64,000 nt of DNA, taken from the NCBI GenBank assembly GCA_902803375.1, contig CADCPN010000027.1, forward strand, positions 17,549-81,548. Direction: 5' to 3'. Positions 1-9,504 of this stretch are shown piece by piece. The translations under genes were made by a program, and so were the position numbers. Each line of letters opens with the position of its first letter. Positions within the stretch are counted from its first letter, which is position 1. Source of the DNA: an uncultured Erysipelotrichaceae bacterium. Its GTDB lineage: Bacteria > Bacillota_I > Bacilli_A > RFN20 > CAG-826. Below the pieces are notes generated by a model, which was not told the DNA's origin, searched no databases, and saw only the letters and a program-made list of their open reading frames with translations.

Positions 1-1181
1 TCGGATTCGCCACGATATCTGCCATAGGCGGCAGAGACATCGATTGCCTCTGCGGAAACGGTGAATGGGACGCTAGCTTTGACGCCAGAGCCATCTCTAG
101 AAGAGCAGATGATGGAGGCTTCGCCCTGTGCGATGGCGGTGACGACGCCCGTATAGGCATCGACGGTCACTACGCTAGTATCGGAAGAGGAGAACTTTAC
201 GGCTTTCTGCTTGGCATCCTCAGGGAGGACGGTGATAGAGGGCTTAGCGGAACTGGCGCCAACGTTAAGGTTGGTGCTCTCGTAGGAGACTTCGATCGAG
301 GAGACGCGGGTGAAATCGCCGGGCTTGATGGTGATATTCACTTCCTTAGAGGCATTGGTGCGGTTCTCAGTGACCCTCACCTTGGCGGTGTGGTCAAGTC
401 CATCTTCGGCAAGGACTGCTTTGAAGACGCCCGGCTCGAAGTACTGCTCGCCATATTCATCAGTGACGATCTTGTAGATTAAATACTTAGCGGAGTTATT
501 AGCGACGGCGACGCCATCTTCCTCGACGATCTTATAGGAGAAATCGGCGTAGGCGTCTTTGGGAAGATAGGAGGTAGTAAGGGAGATCTCATCGAAGGAT
601 TCGACGACGAGGTTATCCTTATTCTCGATATCGAAGGAAGTGACTTCCTTATAGGATTCGAAGAGGGTGCCGCTTCCAAAGCTTGCGGTTTCTGAGGTTT
701 TGGCGTTTTTTAGGGTGATGGTGCCGGAGAGCTTGACGGTGGTGACGGTTTTGCCGTCTTTGTCGAAGTCGCCGTTAAATAGGGCGCTTAATTGCTCCTC
801 GGTGTCGGTAAAGAAGGCGACGCCAGTATCCGACTCGCTATAGGGAAGGGAAGCGGAGACGGATTTGCTAAAGTCGGTGACCGTGATGGCATCAGCGCTA
901 ATGGTGACGATATAGGATTTGATGTTGGTGGAGCCAACAAGTCCGCCATACCAGCTGCCAGAAAGGCGAGAATCGAAGGAAGTATCGATGGTGGATTCTT
1001 CCTTAGAGGATTCTATTATCTCTGAGGACTCGCTATCGCTAGCAGAACTTTCTCCTTCCTTGGAGGAGATAGAGGAGACGCCTCCTTCGCTAGAGGAAGC
1101 GGAGGAAACCGCCTGGGTGGGGCCGCATGAGGCAAGAGCCATCATGCTGGCGGCAAAAACGAAAAGAGCAGTCTTTTTCAT
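1..1181 (-). CDS. Surface lipoprotein, N-terminal part only (C-terminus runs off the left edge); Ser-rich linker and a Big_2-like Ig domain
   Basis: Absent from the ORF track because there is no stop in the window. Reverse translation from ATG 1181..1179 gives MKKTALFVFAASMMALASCGPTQ (signal peptide plus lipobox LASC). The frame was checked open over 721-1181 and 61-180. VVTVDAYTGVVTAIAQGEASIICSS..VKASVPFTV at about 60-180 resembles bacterial Ig-like group 2. Confidence 0.75.
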   Translation of the reverse strand, partial: MKKTALFVFAASMMALASCGPTQAVSSASSSEGGVSSISSKEGESSASDSESSEIIESSKEESTIDTSFDSRLSGSWYGGLVGSTNIKSYIVTISADAITVTDFSKSVSASLPYSESDTGVAFFTDTEEQLSALFNGDFDKDGKTVTTVKLSGTITLKNAKTSETASFGSGTLFESYKEVTSFDIENKDNLVVESFDEISLTTSYLPKDAYADFSYKIVEEDGVAVANNSAKYLIYKIVTDEYGEQYFEPGVFKAVLAEDGLDHTAKVRVTENRTNASKEVNITIKPGDFTRVSSIEVSYESTNLNVGASSAKPSITVLPEDAKQKAVKFSSSDTSVVTVDAYTGVVTAIAQGEASIICSSRDGSGVKASVPFTVSAEAIDVSAAYGRYRGES

Positions 1182-1214
1182 TGTTTATATATTCCTTTGC
1201 ATAAATCGAAGCAA

Positions 1215-2405
1215 TTAGATGCCGGTGTCGGTGATTTTTCTGGTCACTTCCATAATGGTGATGACCATGGTGCCGTTGGGGTGAAGAGCCTTCTGTGTGT
1301 CGCTCATCCACTTGGTCGGATTATAGGTGAACCACATCTGGGCGACACTCTTGGTGTTGTTGGCCGAATTGACGCTTAAGGTGCGCTCCATGCAGATGGC
1401 GCGGGGAGATTGGCGCTCCTCGATCTCCTCCATGCGGGAAGCGGATTCGTTGAGGGCGTAGCCTTTATTCTTTAGATAAGCGACGCCTTTATCGATGACA
1501 TCGCCTAAGCCATATTCAGAGATCTGCACGACGCCGCCGACGACGGAGTCATAGGTGTAGCTATAGGAGGATTTCTCGCTGATGCAGCCAACCGGGAAGG
1601 GGGTGTCTGCGGCAAGGTGGTACTTATCGAAGAAGTCGGCGGTCTTCTTATTCCAATCAGTCGGGGCTTCGATAGTTGGCATAGTCTCTAGATACCTGCT
1701 GACGGCTTCGTTTTTTGTGGAGCCGACAGAAGAGATCTCGATGGAATAAGAAGCATAGCCGCTAGAGAATGTCTTGATGGTCAAGACATCTTTCCCTTCG
1801 TTGAAACTGGCGGTGAGGCCATCGAAGTCCGTGTAGTTGTCCTTCATGCCGAGGATATAGCAGGCAAGGCTAAGCGGATAGCCATACTTCGGGTTGGTGA
1901 CGTAGCTGCCATCTTCCAGCTTGTTCCAGCAAACCATAGAGCCAAGAAGGAATTCGCTTGGATCGATAACGTAATCCATGTCATAGATGAGGTCGCTGTA
2001 ATGGACCGGGTCGCCATCCTCATCGACGTCATCCATTTCGGTGACGGGGCTCACCATGCCGAGGATATCGACGTTTCCGCGGTGGAAGCCATAGGAATAG
2101 ATGCCATCATCCCTTTGGATGTAGCCATAATCCTGATATTTGCTTTCGGCTAGCTTCATGCCTGAGGCATAGTGGAAATAGCTGGCTTTGGGGCCGAAAA
2201 ACGCTGCGGTGCCAATCTCGCCAAGAGGATCAGAGAGCTTCATCGTGGCGTTATAGCCTTCTAGCGATTCAAAGAAGGCGATTAGCTCATCATCTTCCTT
2301 TAGGCCGGTAGAGGCGGCGCCATCAGCGGCATTCGCCCTACTCGGGGCGAAAGAAGGAAGGGCGGATAATATAGCCGCCGGAAATAATGCAAATAAACGT
2401 TTCAT
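1215..2405 (-). CDS. Secreted protein of unknown function (signal peptide, no lipobox Cys); distant paralog of the next gene
   Basis: 396 aa ORF with N-terminus MKRLFALFPAAILSALPSFAPSRANA. A GGAAGAAAGGAAG SD-like run lies upstream. It shares motifs with the 2428..3924 product. Confidence 0.7.
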   Translation of the reverse strand: MKRLFALFPAAILSALPSFAPSRANAADGAASTGLKEDDELIAFFESLEGYNATMKLSDPLGEIGTAAFFGPKASYFHYASGMKLAESKYQDYGYIQRDDGIYSYGFHRGNVDILGMVSPVTEMDDVDEDGDPVHYSDLIYDMDYVIDPSEFLLGSMVCWNKLEDGSYVTNPKYGYPLSLACYILGMKDNYTDFDGLTASFNEGKDVLTIKTFSSGYASYSIEISSVGSTKNEAVSRYLETMPTIEAPTDWNKKTADFFDKYHLAADTPFPVGCISEKSSYSYTYDSVVGGVVQISEYGLGDVIDKGVAYLKNKGYALNESASRMEEIEERQSPRAICMERTLSVNSANNTKSVAQMWFTYNPTKWMSDTQKALHPNGTMVITIMEVTRKITDTGI

Positions 2406-2427
2406 CGTGTTTTTCTTCCTTTCTTCC

Positions 2428-3924
2428 TTAGTCTAAGAAGGTGAATGTCATCGTCTTTGCCTTTAAATCAAAGGAGGTATCGACGGAGAGATCGCTTGGG
2501 AAGTCGGTATCTAGTAGATAGAAGGAATGCTCGCTTTCCTTGATGAAGGAAGCCTTTAGCAGGGCGGACTCATAGACGGCGACATCCTCTTCTATCTTGG
2601 AGGCATCCTCGAAGAGGAGAGTGACCATAAAGGCGTTATGGACGCCAGTGGCGAAAGAATAGACGCCACCCTCTTTCTTTAGGTCTTTAATGGAGATGCT
2701 TTTGGCTACATTAGAGGCAACGATGGCGGGGAGGGCGGAATCGCCTTCGCGGTATTGAAACAAAGAGAGGAGATATTCGTTGGCCTCTTCTAGGCTAGCG
2801 GCCATATAGGGGGCTTCGTAGATATAGAAGTCCGCGGCGAAGATGCCATGGGGATACAGAGCCTTTTTCCTGGCGGTATCCTCTTCATCTTCGCCAACGA
2901 TCTTATCTTCGGGGGTGAAGAGGAAGTCGATGCACCAGCTCTTGGCGCCTATGTGCTTCTGCTCATCCTGGGCTTTGATGGGCTTAAGGTAGCGCGAAAC
3001 TGAGGCAACGGACTCGTCTTTGACGTAGTTGTTGTCGCTGCTAGTGAGGACTTTCTCATAGGCAGAGCTAGGATCATAGGCCATCGCGTAATCATTGACG
3101 CGGAACTTCTTTTCGCCGCTAAGATAGGTCAGGGTAGCGGCATAGGAGAGGCCAGGGATAAACGGCATGACGCCATAGTTCTTGAGCCTCATATCCTGCC
3201 TTTCCTGCGTGGTCCAGCTATTTCTAGCAACGGCAGGAGTATAGGAAGACTTGAAGGCATCGAAGGCTTCATAGGTCGTGGAGCCGATAGTAGAGAAGGT
3301 CGCGTTAAGCTCTACGCCGATGGTCATGTTCTGGAACTGGATGGCATTTTTGGAGAAGATGAGGTCGACGTATCTAAAGGTGCCATCCTTAAGCAATTTG
3401 TCTAAGCCAAACATCGTGGAGGTGGTCTTTAGGAAAGAGGCGTCGGTGACGTGATAGATGCCGTTTCTATTGGCTTTCTTGACGAAGATGGAGGCATCTT
3501 TGTATGCGGCGAAGATATCGGGTCCGCCAACGAGGTATTGATAAAGAACGTTAGAGGTGGCTGGGGTGGCGAGCTGGCCAAGAGTTAGGCCACTCTTAGA
3601 AGAAGAGATGGCGTAATAGCCTTCGTTAGGAATCTTGATGAGGCCGCTATCTTCGACAGATTCGGAATCGTAGTCGAAATAGACGCCTTCTTCCCCTAGG
3701 AAATAGGCGGTGGCGGTGCCTGCAAGGCGAAGCTTGGCATTGTTGGCGGAAAGCGCGCCTAGGTCCCTGACTGGGTCAGCGACATAGGGGACAAACGAAG
3801 TAATGGGGTTTGCTGCGGAGCTTTCTTCGGCATTGCTAGAGGAATTGAGAGAGGAAGATGGCGCATTTCCGCAGGCGGTAAGGGCAGTCGCGGAGAGCAA
3901 AATAAAGGTAGATTTGAGTTTCAT
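2428..3924 (-). CDS. Surface lipoprotein of unknown function
   Basis: The start was moved to internal Met 3924 (MKLKSTFILLSATALTACGN, lipobox LTAC), which is preceded by AGGAAGGAAAAACC. The ORF-track start at 3972 has no SD. Confidence 0.75.
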   Translation of the reverse strand: MKLKSTFILLSATALTACGNAPSSSLNSSSNAEESSAANPITSFVPYVADPVRDLGALSANNAKLRLAGTATAYFLGEEGVYFDYDSESVEDSGLIKIPNEGYYAISSSKSGLTLGQLATPATSNVLYQYLVGGPDIFAAYKDASIFVKKANRNGIYHVTDASFLKTTSTMFGLDKLLKDGTFRYVDLIFSKNAIQFQNMTIGVELNATFSTIGSTTYEAFDAFKSSYTPAVARNSWTTQERQDMRLKNYGVMPFIPGLSYAATLTYLSGEKKFRVNDYAMAYDPSSAYEKVLTSSDNNYVKDESVASVSRYLKPIKAQDEQKHIGAKSWCIDFLFTPEDKIVGEDEEDTARKKALYPHGIFAADFYIYEAPYMAASLEEANEYLLSLFQYREGDSALPAIVASNVAKSISIKDLKKEGGVYSFATGVHNAFMVTLLFEDASKIEEDVAVYESALLKASFIKESEHSFYLLDTDFPSDLSVDTSFDLKAKTMTFTFLD

Positions 3925-4345
3925 GGTTTTTCCTTCCTTGGGAAGGTTACCACTCCAACCTGCATTTCTCACGCAAAAAACGCTTATTTTTGTAACGTCA
4001 TCAAATCATGGTAAGGCTATAAGAAATCTTATTGAACTAGGCAACGACGTAAACTGACGGAATATCACGTTGTTTCTCGATGAAACGCGATATTTTCTTA
4101 TTCCTTTACAAAGTGAATATTCAGCAAAGAAACTTGGATACCCTATATAAAATAAATACAAATAGTTTCGTCAATGAACATGAAACCGCTTCTTCTTTTT
4201 CATTTTGATGAAAGTGACCTTATCATCGATGGTTTTTCGTTGCCTTGCTTCATCGATGGTTATTGGTCTATCTACGTCTTATCCATAGAAACTTCATTAA
4301 GGCGAACAAAAAAGGCGGAAGCAAGTGCTCTCGCCTAAATGAAAT

Positions 4346-4843
4346 TTAGTATTTCGTTTCCTGACGCTTATGATTGACTTCCATCTTTTTAAGATAGGCG
4401 TCTTTCGCGTCGAGGCAACTGTAGCCAAGAAGCGGAATGATATCGAGGTAGTCGAAGAGGGCTTTCTCGTATGCTTCCTTGTTGTAATCATCCTTGAGGG
4501 CAATCGCGTCTGCGTAGACCTTTAGGATAGCAGAGGTAAGGTCTTTAGAGGAAATCTTTGGAGAATAGACAATATCCTTCTCGCCTAAGGCAATGCCTAG
4601 GGAAAGGAGGAAATGCATGCCGTCAGCGTATTCGTCTAGCACCACTTCCTTCGGAGAAGAGGGCTTGAAGGACCAATACTTGAAGCAGCGGGTCTCGTTG
4701 GCGAATTCGCCAAGTTCGACTAGGAGCGCAAGCACCCTCCTCTCGAAGCTGGATTCATAGGTTACCTGGTGGTTTTTCTCGATCTCGGCATCAAGCTCAG
4801 CTTGAAGCGCATAGAGAGAGCAGAGGTCAATGCAATCAGTCAT
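4346..4843 (-). CDS. Dimeric (all-alpha) dUTPase-family protein
   Basis: LALLVELGEFANETRCFKYWSFK...LDEYADGMHFLLSLG matches the recalled dUTPase_2 pattern (LvElgElaNe.r.FKyWs ... DglHF). It overlaps the glgP stop by 8 nt. Confidence 0.7.
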   Translation of the reverse strand: MTDCIDLCSLYALQAELDAEIEKNHQVTYESSFERRVLALLVELGEFANETRCFKYWSFKPSSPKEVVLDEYADGMHFLLSLGIALGEKDIVYSPKISSKDLTSAILKVYADAIALKDDYNKEAYEKALFDYLDIIPLLGYSCLDAKDAYLKKMEVNHKRQETKY

Positions 4844-7256
4844 GCTCGATTTCCATCTTGCTTAGATGCCAGATGTCGCGGTTATATTCCTCGATCGTGC
4901 GGTCGGAGGTGAAATAGCCGCTAGAAGCGATGTTGATGATGGCGGCGCGAGCCCAGGCAGAAGGCTTGGCATAGAGCTCTTCGGCGGCGACGTGAGCCTT
5001 GGAGTAGGCGTTATAGTCGGCAAGGACGAAGAACTGGTCTCTCTGTCCCATGATCTCGTCGAAGATCATGCGGAAGCGATTCTGATCGCCTTCGGCCCAC
5101 GGACCGGTGAAGAGGGAATCCATGATGCGCTTGACGCGGGCATCGGAGTTATAGACATCCCAGGGGTTGTAGGTACCCTCATCAACAAGAGACTGAACTT
5201 CCGCGGCGGTGAGGCCGAAGATGATCTCGTTTTCTCTGCCAGCGCGGTCGGCGATTTCGATGTTGGCGCCATCGAGGGTGCCGAGGGTGATGGCACCGTT
5301 CATCATCAGCTTCATGTTGGAGGTGCCGGAGGCTTCTTTGCCGGCGGTGGAGATCTGCTCGGAGATATCGGCGGCCGGGATGATCTTCTCGGCTAGGGTG
5401 ACGCCATAGTTCTCGACGAAGACGACCTTCATGAACTTGCTCACATCCGGATCGTTATTGACGACCTTGGCGACGGCAAGGATGAGCTCGATGATCTTCT
5501 TGGCATAGATATAGCTCGGGGCGGCTTTGGCGCCGAAGATATAGGTATGCGGGATCATGGTGAAGCTCTTGTCTTCCTTTATCTTCTGGTAGAGATACAT
5601 GATGTGGAAGACGTTGAGGAGCTGTCGCTTATAGGCGTGTAGGCGCTTGATCTGAACGTCGAAGATGGACTTCGGATCGATTTCGATGCCGTATTCCTTC
5701 TCGACAAAGTCGGCGAAGGCCTGCTTTCTGGCCTGTTTGACCTTAAGGAATTCCTTCTGGAAGGACTTATCATCGGCAAAGGGCTTCAGCTTGGAGATCT
5801 CGTGCTCAAAGTCGGTTTTCCAGCCTTCTCCGATCTTGGAGGAGATGGCCTTGGCGAGCTCGGGGTTCGCGTACATGAGCCAGCGGCGATGGGTGACGCC
5901 ATTGGTCTTGTTGTTGAACTTCTCCGGCATGCACTTGTAGAACTCCTTGAAGGTATAGCTCTCAAGGATTTCGGTGTGGATCTTGGCGACGCCGTTGACG
6001 GAGAAGCTGGTCCAGATGGCCATGTTGGTCATGTGGATCTGGCCATCTTTGATGATGGACATGGCGTAGCGTTCGGATTCCGGGATCTTTTTCTCGGCCA
6101 TGGCAAGGGCCTGGCGGCGGTTGATTTCCTCGATGATCATGTAGACGCGCGGGACGAGGGTGCGGACATACTGTACCGGCCACTTCTCGAGGGCTTCGGG
6201 CATGACGGTGTGGTTGGTGTAGGCGAAGAGCTTAGTGACGATCTTCCAAGCTTCGTCCCAGCCATAATTGTATTCGTCCATCAATAGGCGCATGGCCTCA
6301 GGGATGGCGAGGATCGGGTGGGTGTCATTGAGCTGGAAGACATAGGCGGAGGCGAAGGTGTCGAGGGTGCCGAATCTTCTGGCGTAGGATCTCATCGCAG
6401 ACTGAAGTCCTGCGGAGACGAGGAAGTATTGCTGGCGGAGGCGGAGCATGCGGCCGTGTTCGGTCGAATCATCCGGATAAAGGCCGTGGCAGAGCTCTTT
6501 AAGGGTGTTGAGGTAATCTTCGAAAGACTGGTTGGTCGGAAGGTTGTTCTCACTCGGCTCAGCAGACCATAGGCGCAAGGAGTTGGCGACGCCATTGCGG
6601 TATCCCGGGACGGAAACGTCATAGGGGACGGCGCGGACGCAGATCGGGTTGGCGAGCCTCCAGCCATAGTCTCCATCGGGCTTGAGGTAGGTCTCGGCGT
6701 TGCCGTAGAACTTAACCTCGACGGCATGCTTGGGTTTTCTAACCTCAAAGACGAAGCCGTTGCTTAGCCACTGATCCGGGAGCTCGACTTGTTTGCCGCC
6801 GACGAACTTCTGGCGGAAGAAGCCGTATTCATAACGGATGGTGTTGCCATATCCAGGATAGCCAAGGGAGGCGATGGAATCGAGGAAGCAGGCGGCGAGG
6901 CGGCCAAGGCCGCCGTTGCCAAGTCCGGCATCGGCTTCCATATCCTCTAGCTCGCCGATATCGATGCCTAGTTCGGCAAGGCCGTCTCTAGCGACGGAGA
7001 AGATGCCGAGGTTCTGCATATTGGAAGTGAGGAGTCTGCCCATGAGGAACTCCATGGAGAAATAGATGAGCTGACGGTCGTTGTTGGCGATGATGTTATC
7101 GCGGCAGGCGCGCCAGTTGTAGCCGGCATAATCGCGGACCATCTCGCCGAGGATGTCATATCTCTCGGTGATGTGGCTGTCCGCGACGCTGCGGCCGTAC
7201 TTCTCTTCGAGTCTTCTCTCAAAAGTCTGTTTGAAGTCTAGTTTGTTTTGGAACAT
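4836..7256 (-). CDS. glgP: Glycogen/maltodextrin phosphorylase
   Basis: Full-length GT35 similarity (EADAGLGNGGLGRLAACFLDS, ISTAGKEASGTSNMKLMMNGA with the PLP Lys region). The start is set at Met 7256 (MFQNKLDF), preceded by GAAAGGAAAAACC. The track start at 7355 adds 33 unconserved residues. Confidence 0.95.
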   Translation of the reverse strand: MFQNKLDFKQTFERRLEEKYGRSVADSHITERYDILGEMVRDYAGYNWRACRDNIIANNDRQLIYFSMEFLMGRLLTSNMQNLGIFSVARDGLAELGIDIGELEDMEADAGLGNGGLGRLAACFLDSIASLGYPGYGNTIRYEYGFFRQKFVGGKQVELPDQWLSNGFVFEVRKPKHAVEVKFYGNAETYLKPDGDYGWRLANPICVRAVPYDVSVPGYRNGVANSLRLWSAEPSENNLPTNQSFEDYLNTLKELCHGLYPDDSTEHGRMLRLRQQYFLVSAGLQSAMRSYARRFGTLDTFASAYVFQLNDTHPILAIPEAMRLLMDEYNYGWDEAWKIVTKLFAYTNHTVMPEALEKWPVQYVRTLVPRVYMIIEEINRRQALAMAEKKIPESERYAMSIIKDGQIHMTNMAIWTSFSVNGVAKIHTEILESYTFKEFYKCMPEKFNNKTNGVTHRRWLMYANPELAKAISSKIGEGWKTDFEHEISKLKPFADDKSFQKEFLKVKQARKQAFADFVEKEYGIEIDPKSIFDVQIKRLHAYKRQLLNVFHIMYLYQKIKEDKSFTMIPHTYIFGAKAAPSYIYAKKIIELILAVAKVVNNDPDVSKFMKVVFVENYGVTLAEKIIPAADISEQISTAGKEASGTSNMKLMMNGAITLGTLDGANIEIADRAGRENEIIFGLTAAEVQSLVDEGTYNPWDVYNSDARVKRIMDSLFTGPWAEGDQNRFRMIFDEIMGQRDQFFVLADYNAYSKAHVAAEELYAKPSAWARAAIINIASSGYFTSDRTIEEYNRDIWHLSKMEIEHD

Positions 7257-7709
7257 GGTTTTTCCTTTCAATTTCTTTTCTTTGCTTTCATGGCAAAAAA
7301 GGAAATGCTTTGCCATTATAGGGAGTTTGATATCGGTATTCCATAGCAATGACATTTGCTAATGCGCGATTGCGTATACGCGCGAGAAATATCGATGCCG
7401 CCTTGCTTATATGAAAATGTAATGAAAACGATGAAAAAACGATATCGAAAACGTGTTCGAATAGATTCAGCGTCAAAAAAGCTTTACGAATCCGCGCTCA
7501 TAAAAAGGGCTCCAATCCATCCTAATTACTTATTTACGCAGGAATATAAATTCTTTCCGTGCATTTTTTTCTTCCTAGAGGCAATGACTATGCCACAAAA
7601 GAAGGTTCCTTGGATGCAATCGTTGCTGGGGTCGCTAAGGATTTCGTCGAATCACGATTGCCGGCTTTACGCCGATGGCCTTCCTCTCCCCCGAGAGGTG
7701 TGGTGTGAT

Positions 7710-8069
7710 TCAAATAATGTCCATTAACGAATAAAGCCCAACCCCCGCGAGGAAGGAGGCCGCGTTGGCGGCGAGAGTCAGCAAGAGTATCTCTAGCTTT
7801 CGCGGGTTTTCCTTCCGCTGCTCCCATAGATAGATCAGGGCTTCATAGATGATGACGGCGGCCTCAAGCGCCAAAAGCCAAATGTAGTAATCGCTTCTGC
7901 TATTTAGAGTATTGAAGAAAATGATGTAGTTAATCGCAAGGTTCGATGTTACGTTAGCAATAACTTCCGTTATCACAAACCTCTTCTTTTTATATCCGAA
8001 AGCGAAAAAGAAAAGAACTTCCACGATTACCGTAAGGAGACAGCCTAAGGCAATTCGCAGGTGCGGCAT
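7710..8069 (-). CDS. Small 4-TM membrane protein, unknown function
   Basis: The start is set at MPHLRIALG (8069). The track start at 8144 overlaps the upstream small ORF in another frame. Four hydrophobic segments. Confidence 0.55.
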   Translation of the reverse strand: MPHLRIALGCLLTVIVEVLFFFAFGYKKKRFVITEVIANVTSNLAINYIIFFNTLNSRSDYYIWLLALEAAVIIYEALIYLWEQRKENPRKLEILLLTLAANAASFLAGVGLYSLMDII

Positions 8070-8071
8070 GG

Positions 8072-8236
8072 CTATTTCTTCTTTCTTAAAATCAAGACGA
8101 TGATGATGGCCAATATCAAAACGAAAAGCGCGCCAATTGTCCAAAAGATGGCGGGATTTATCCCTGAAAAAGAAGAAGAGCCTTCGCTTGCCCCGGTAAC
8201 GCTACTAGGCTCCATCACGACATCGAATAGCCTCAT
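8072..8236 (-). CDS. Unlisted small ORF, 54 aa, single C-terminal TM plus RKKK tail
   Basis: Hand translation gives MRLFDVVMEPSSVTGASEGSSSFSGINPAIFWTIGALFVLILAIIIVLILRKKK. Its ATG overlaps the upstream stop (ATGA), and a purine-rich GGAAAGGAAAAGGAAAG run lies upstream. Confidence 0.5.
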   Translation of the reverse strand: MRLFDVVMEPSSVTGASEGSSSFSGINPAIFWTIGALFVLILAIIIVLILRKKK

Positions 8237-8376
8237 TGCTTCTTTCCTTTTCCTTTCCTTCTATATAGGATGACCGCCAAAACGATGGCGATGATCAAAA
8301 GAAGCAGCGCTCCACCTAATATCAGAAGGGGGAAGAACAAAAGGCTAAGCGGAGCAACATCATAGACCATCATCAT
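8233..8376 (-). CDS. Unlisted small ORF, 47 aa, TM plus RRKGKGKKQ tail
   Basis: Hand translation gives MMMVYDVAPLSLLFFPLLILGGALLLLIIAIVLAVILYRRKGKGKKQ. Its ATG overlaps the TGA of the 351 aa gene (ATGA), and AAGGAG lies 8 nt upstream. Confidence 0.5.
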   Translation of the reverse strand: MMMVYDVAPLSLLFFPLLILGGALLLLIIAIVLAVILYRRKGKGKKQ

Positions 8377-9428
8377 TTTCCATCTCCTTTGCTCCATTTT
8401 ACTTCCACCGCTATTCCTAGCAATAGGTTACTTGCGATAAGGGTAACGGATATGGCAAATAGGCTGCCTAAGCCTAAGGGCTCGCTATATTTGGCGAGCA
8501 AGACGCCAACAAAAAGCAAGCTGGCCAAGACGCCGAAGCCAAATCCTTTTAGCTTCGGCAAAGACTTCGATGCATAGAAAAGGGTAAACGCCATCGGGAG
8601 ATTGATGCCAAGAAGGAAGATCCCTCTTCCTAGTAATGCATTTGGCCCAGCTAGGCCCAAAAGACTAAAGATGGCAGAAAGACTCAATAAGGGAATTGCC
8701 CCAAATGCATCGAGGATAAAGCCGCCAACTAGCTTTCCAGCAAAGACGAACAAGCATAGGTCTAAGGCGGGAAGATCTGCTAAGAAGCGATTGGTCAGCT
8801 CCCCGAAATTCACCCCGCCTAAGTAGGCTCTCGCAAGCACGCCTAAGCAGACGAAGGCAAAGACAAGCAGGCTTGATTTATGGGCAGGCTCTTCTTCCTT
8901 TTTTGCCTTAAAAAGAAGTTTCTCCTTCTTACGCAAGAAGGGGTAGGTTAGTCCAAGCAAAACAAGCATAGCGACCAAGATATAGGATAGAATTGGCAAA
9001 GAATAGTTAAGGGCAAGCGTCAAGCCGATAGTTCCGGTAGAGATGAATACGCCTAAAGGGGCACTGGTTTTGGTCTCCTCCAAGATGCTTTTTCCTGCAT
9101 AGACATGGAAGAGCGCGTTGCCTGCCCCCACTAGAATAATCGCCCAGGGAGCCGGATAGAAGAAGCCGAGAGCAATAAGCATAATCGAAGAGAGGACGAA
9201 TACTTCTTCGCGATGAAAGAAATCATCGAGCACGCCGAATAAAGGCTGCAAGGCAAAGGCGCAGAAATCATAGAGTAGCGTCAACAAAGCCACTTTGTCC
9301 ATGTCTAATCCAGAGCTCGTCTTCACTAGCGTCGCCACGGCGAGGTAGTCGACGAGGAAATGAAGCAAAGAAGAGAGGAATAACGATCCTTTGAAATCCT
9401 TTTTGTAACTCGACTCAAAAGAGAGCAT
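8373..9428 (-). CDS. Polytopic membrane protein (about 10 TM, two halves joined by a basic loop; MFS-like topology), unknown substrate
   Basis: 351 aa and hydrophobic throughout. The central loop is FLRKKEKLLFKAKKEEEPAHK. AGAGGT SD. No diagnostic motif recognised. Confidence 0.6.
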   Translation of the reverse strand: MLSFESSYKKDFKGSLFLSSLLHFLVDYLAVATLVKTSSGLDMDKVALLTLLYDFCAFALQPLFGVLDDFFHREEVFVLSSIMLIALGFFYPAPWAIILVGAGNALFHVYAGKSILEETKTSAPLGVFISTGTIGLTLALNYSLPILSYILVAMLVLLGLTYPFLRKKEKLLFKAKKEEEPAHKSSLLVFAFVCLGVLARAYLGGVNFGELTNRFLADLPALDLCLFVFAGKLVGGFILDAFGAIPLLSLSAIFSLLGLAGPNALLGRGIFLLGINLPMAFTLFYASKSLPKLKGFGFGVLASLLFVGVLLAKYSEPLGLGSLFAISVTLIASNLLLGIAVEVKWSKGDGK

Positions 9429-9504
9429 AAGTAACCTCTTTTGCCTTCATTATATAGTAAGGATAAAGAAAACCCCATCAAACGATGAGGTAGTTCCTTA
9501 TTGG

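Noticed and set aside
7257-7355. N-terminal extensions given by the ORF track. Affected genes and track starts are glgP 7355, ackA 17655, the lipoprotein 3972, GT2 41782, the polytopic protein 43342, GH43 47560 and the lyase 57768.
   Set aside because: In each case an internal Met is preceded by a good SD and begins the conserved or signal-peptide sequence. Several extensions would also overlap the upstream gene. The shorter starts were used.
7356-7727. 123 aa plus-strand ORF in the spacer between glgP and the membrane module.
   Set aside because: It has no SD, odd composition and no motif, and it lies opposite to the flow of all neighbouring genes. It was treated as non-coding spacer.
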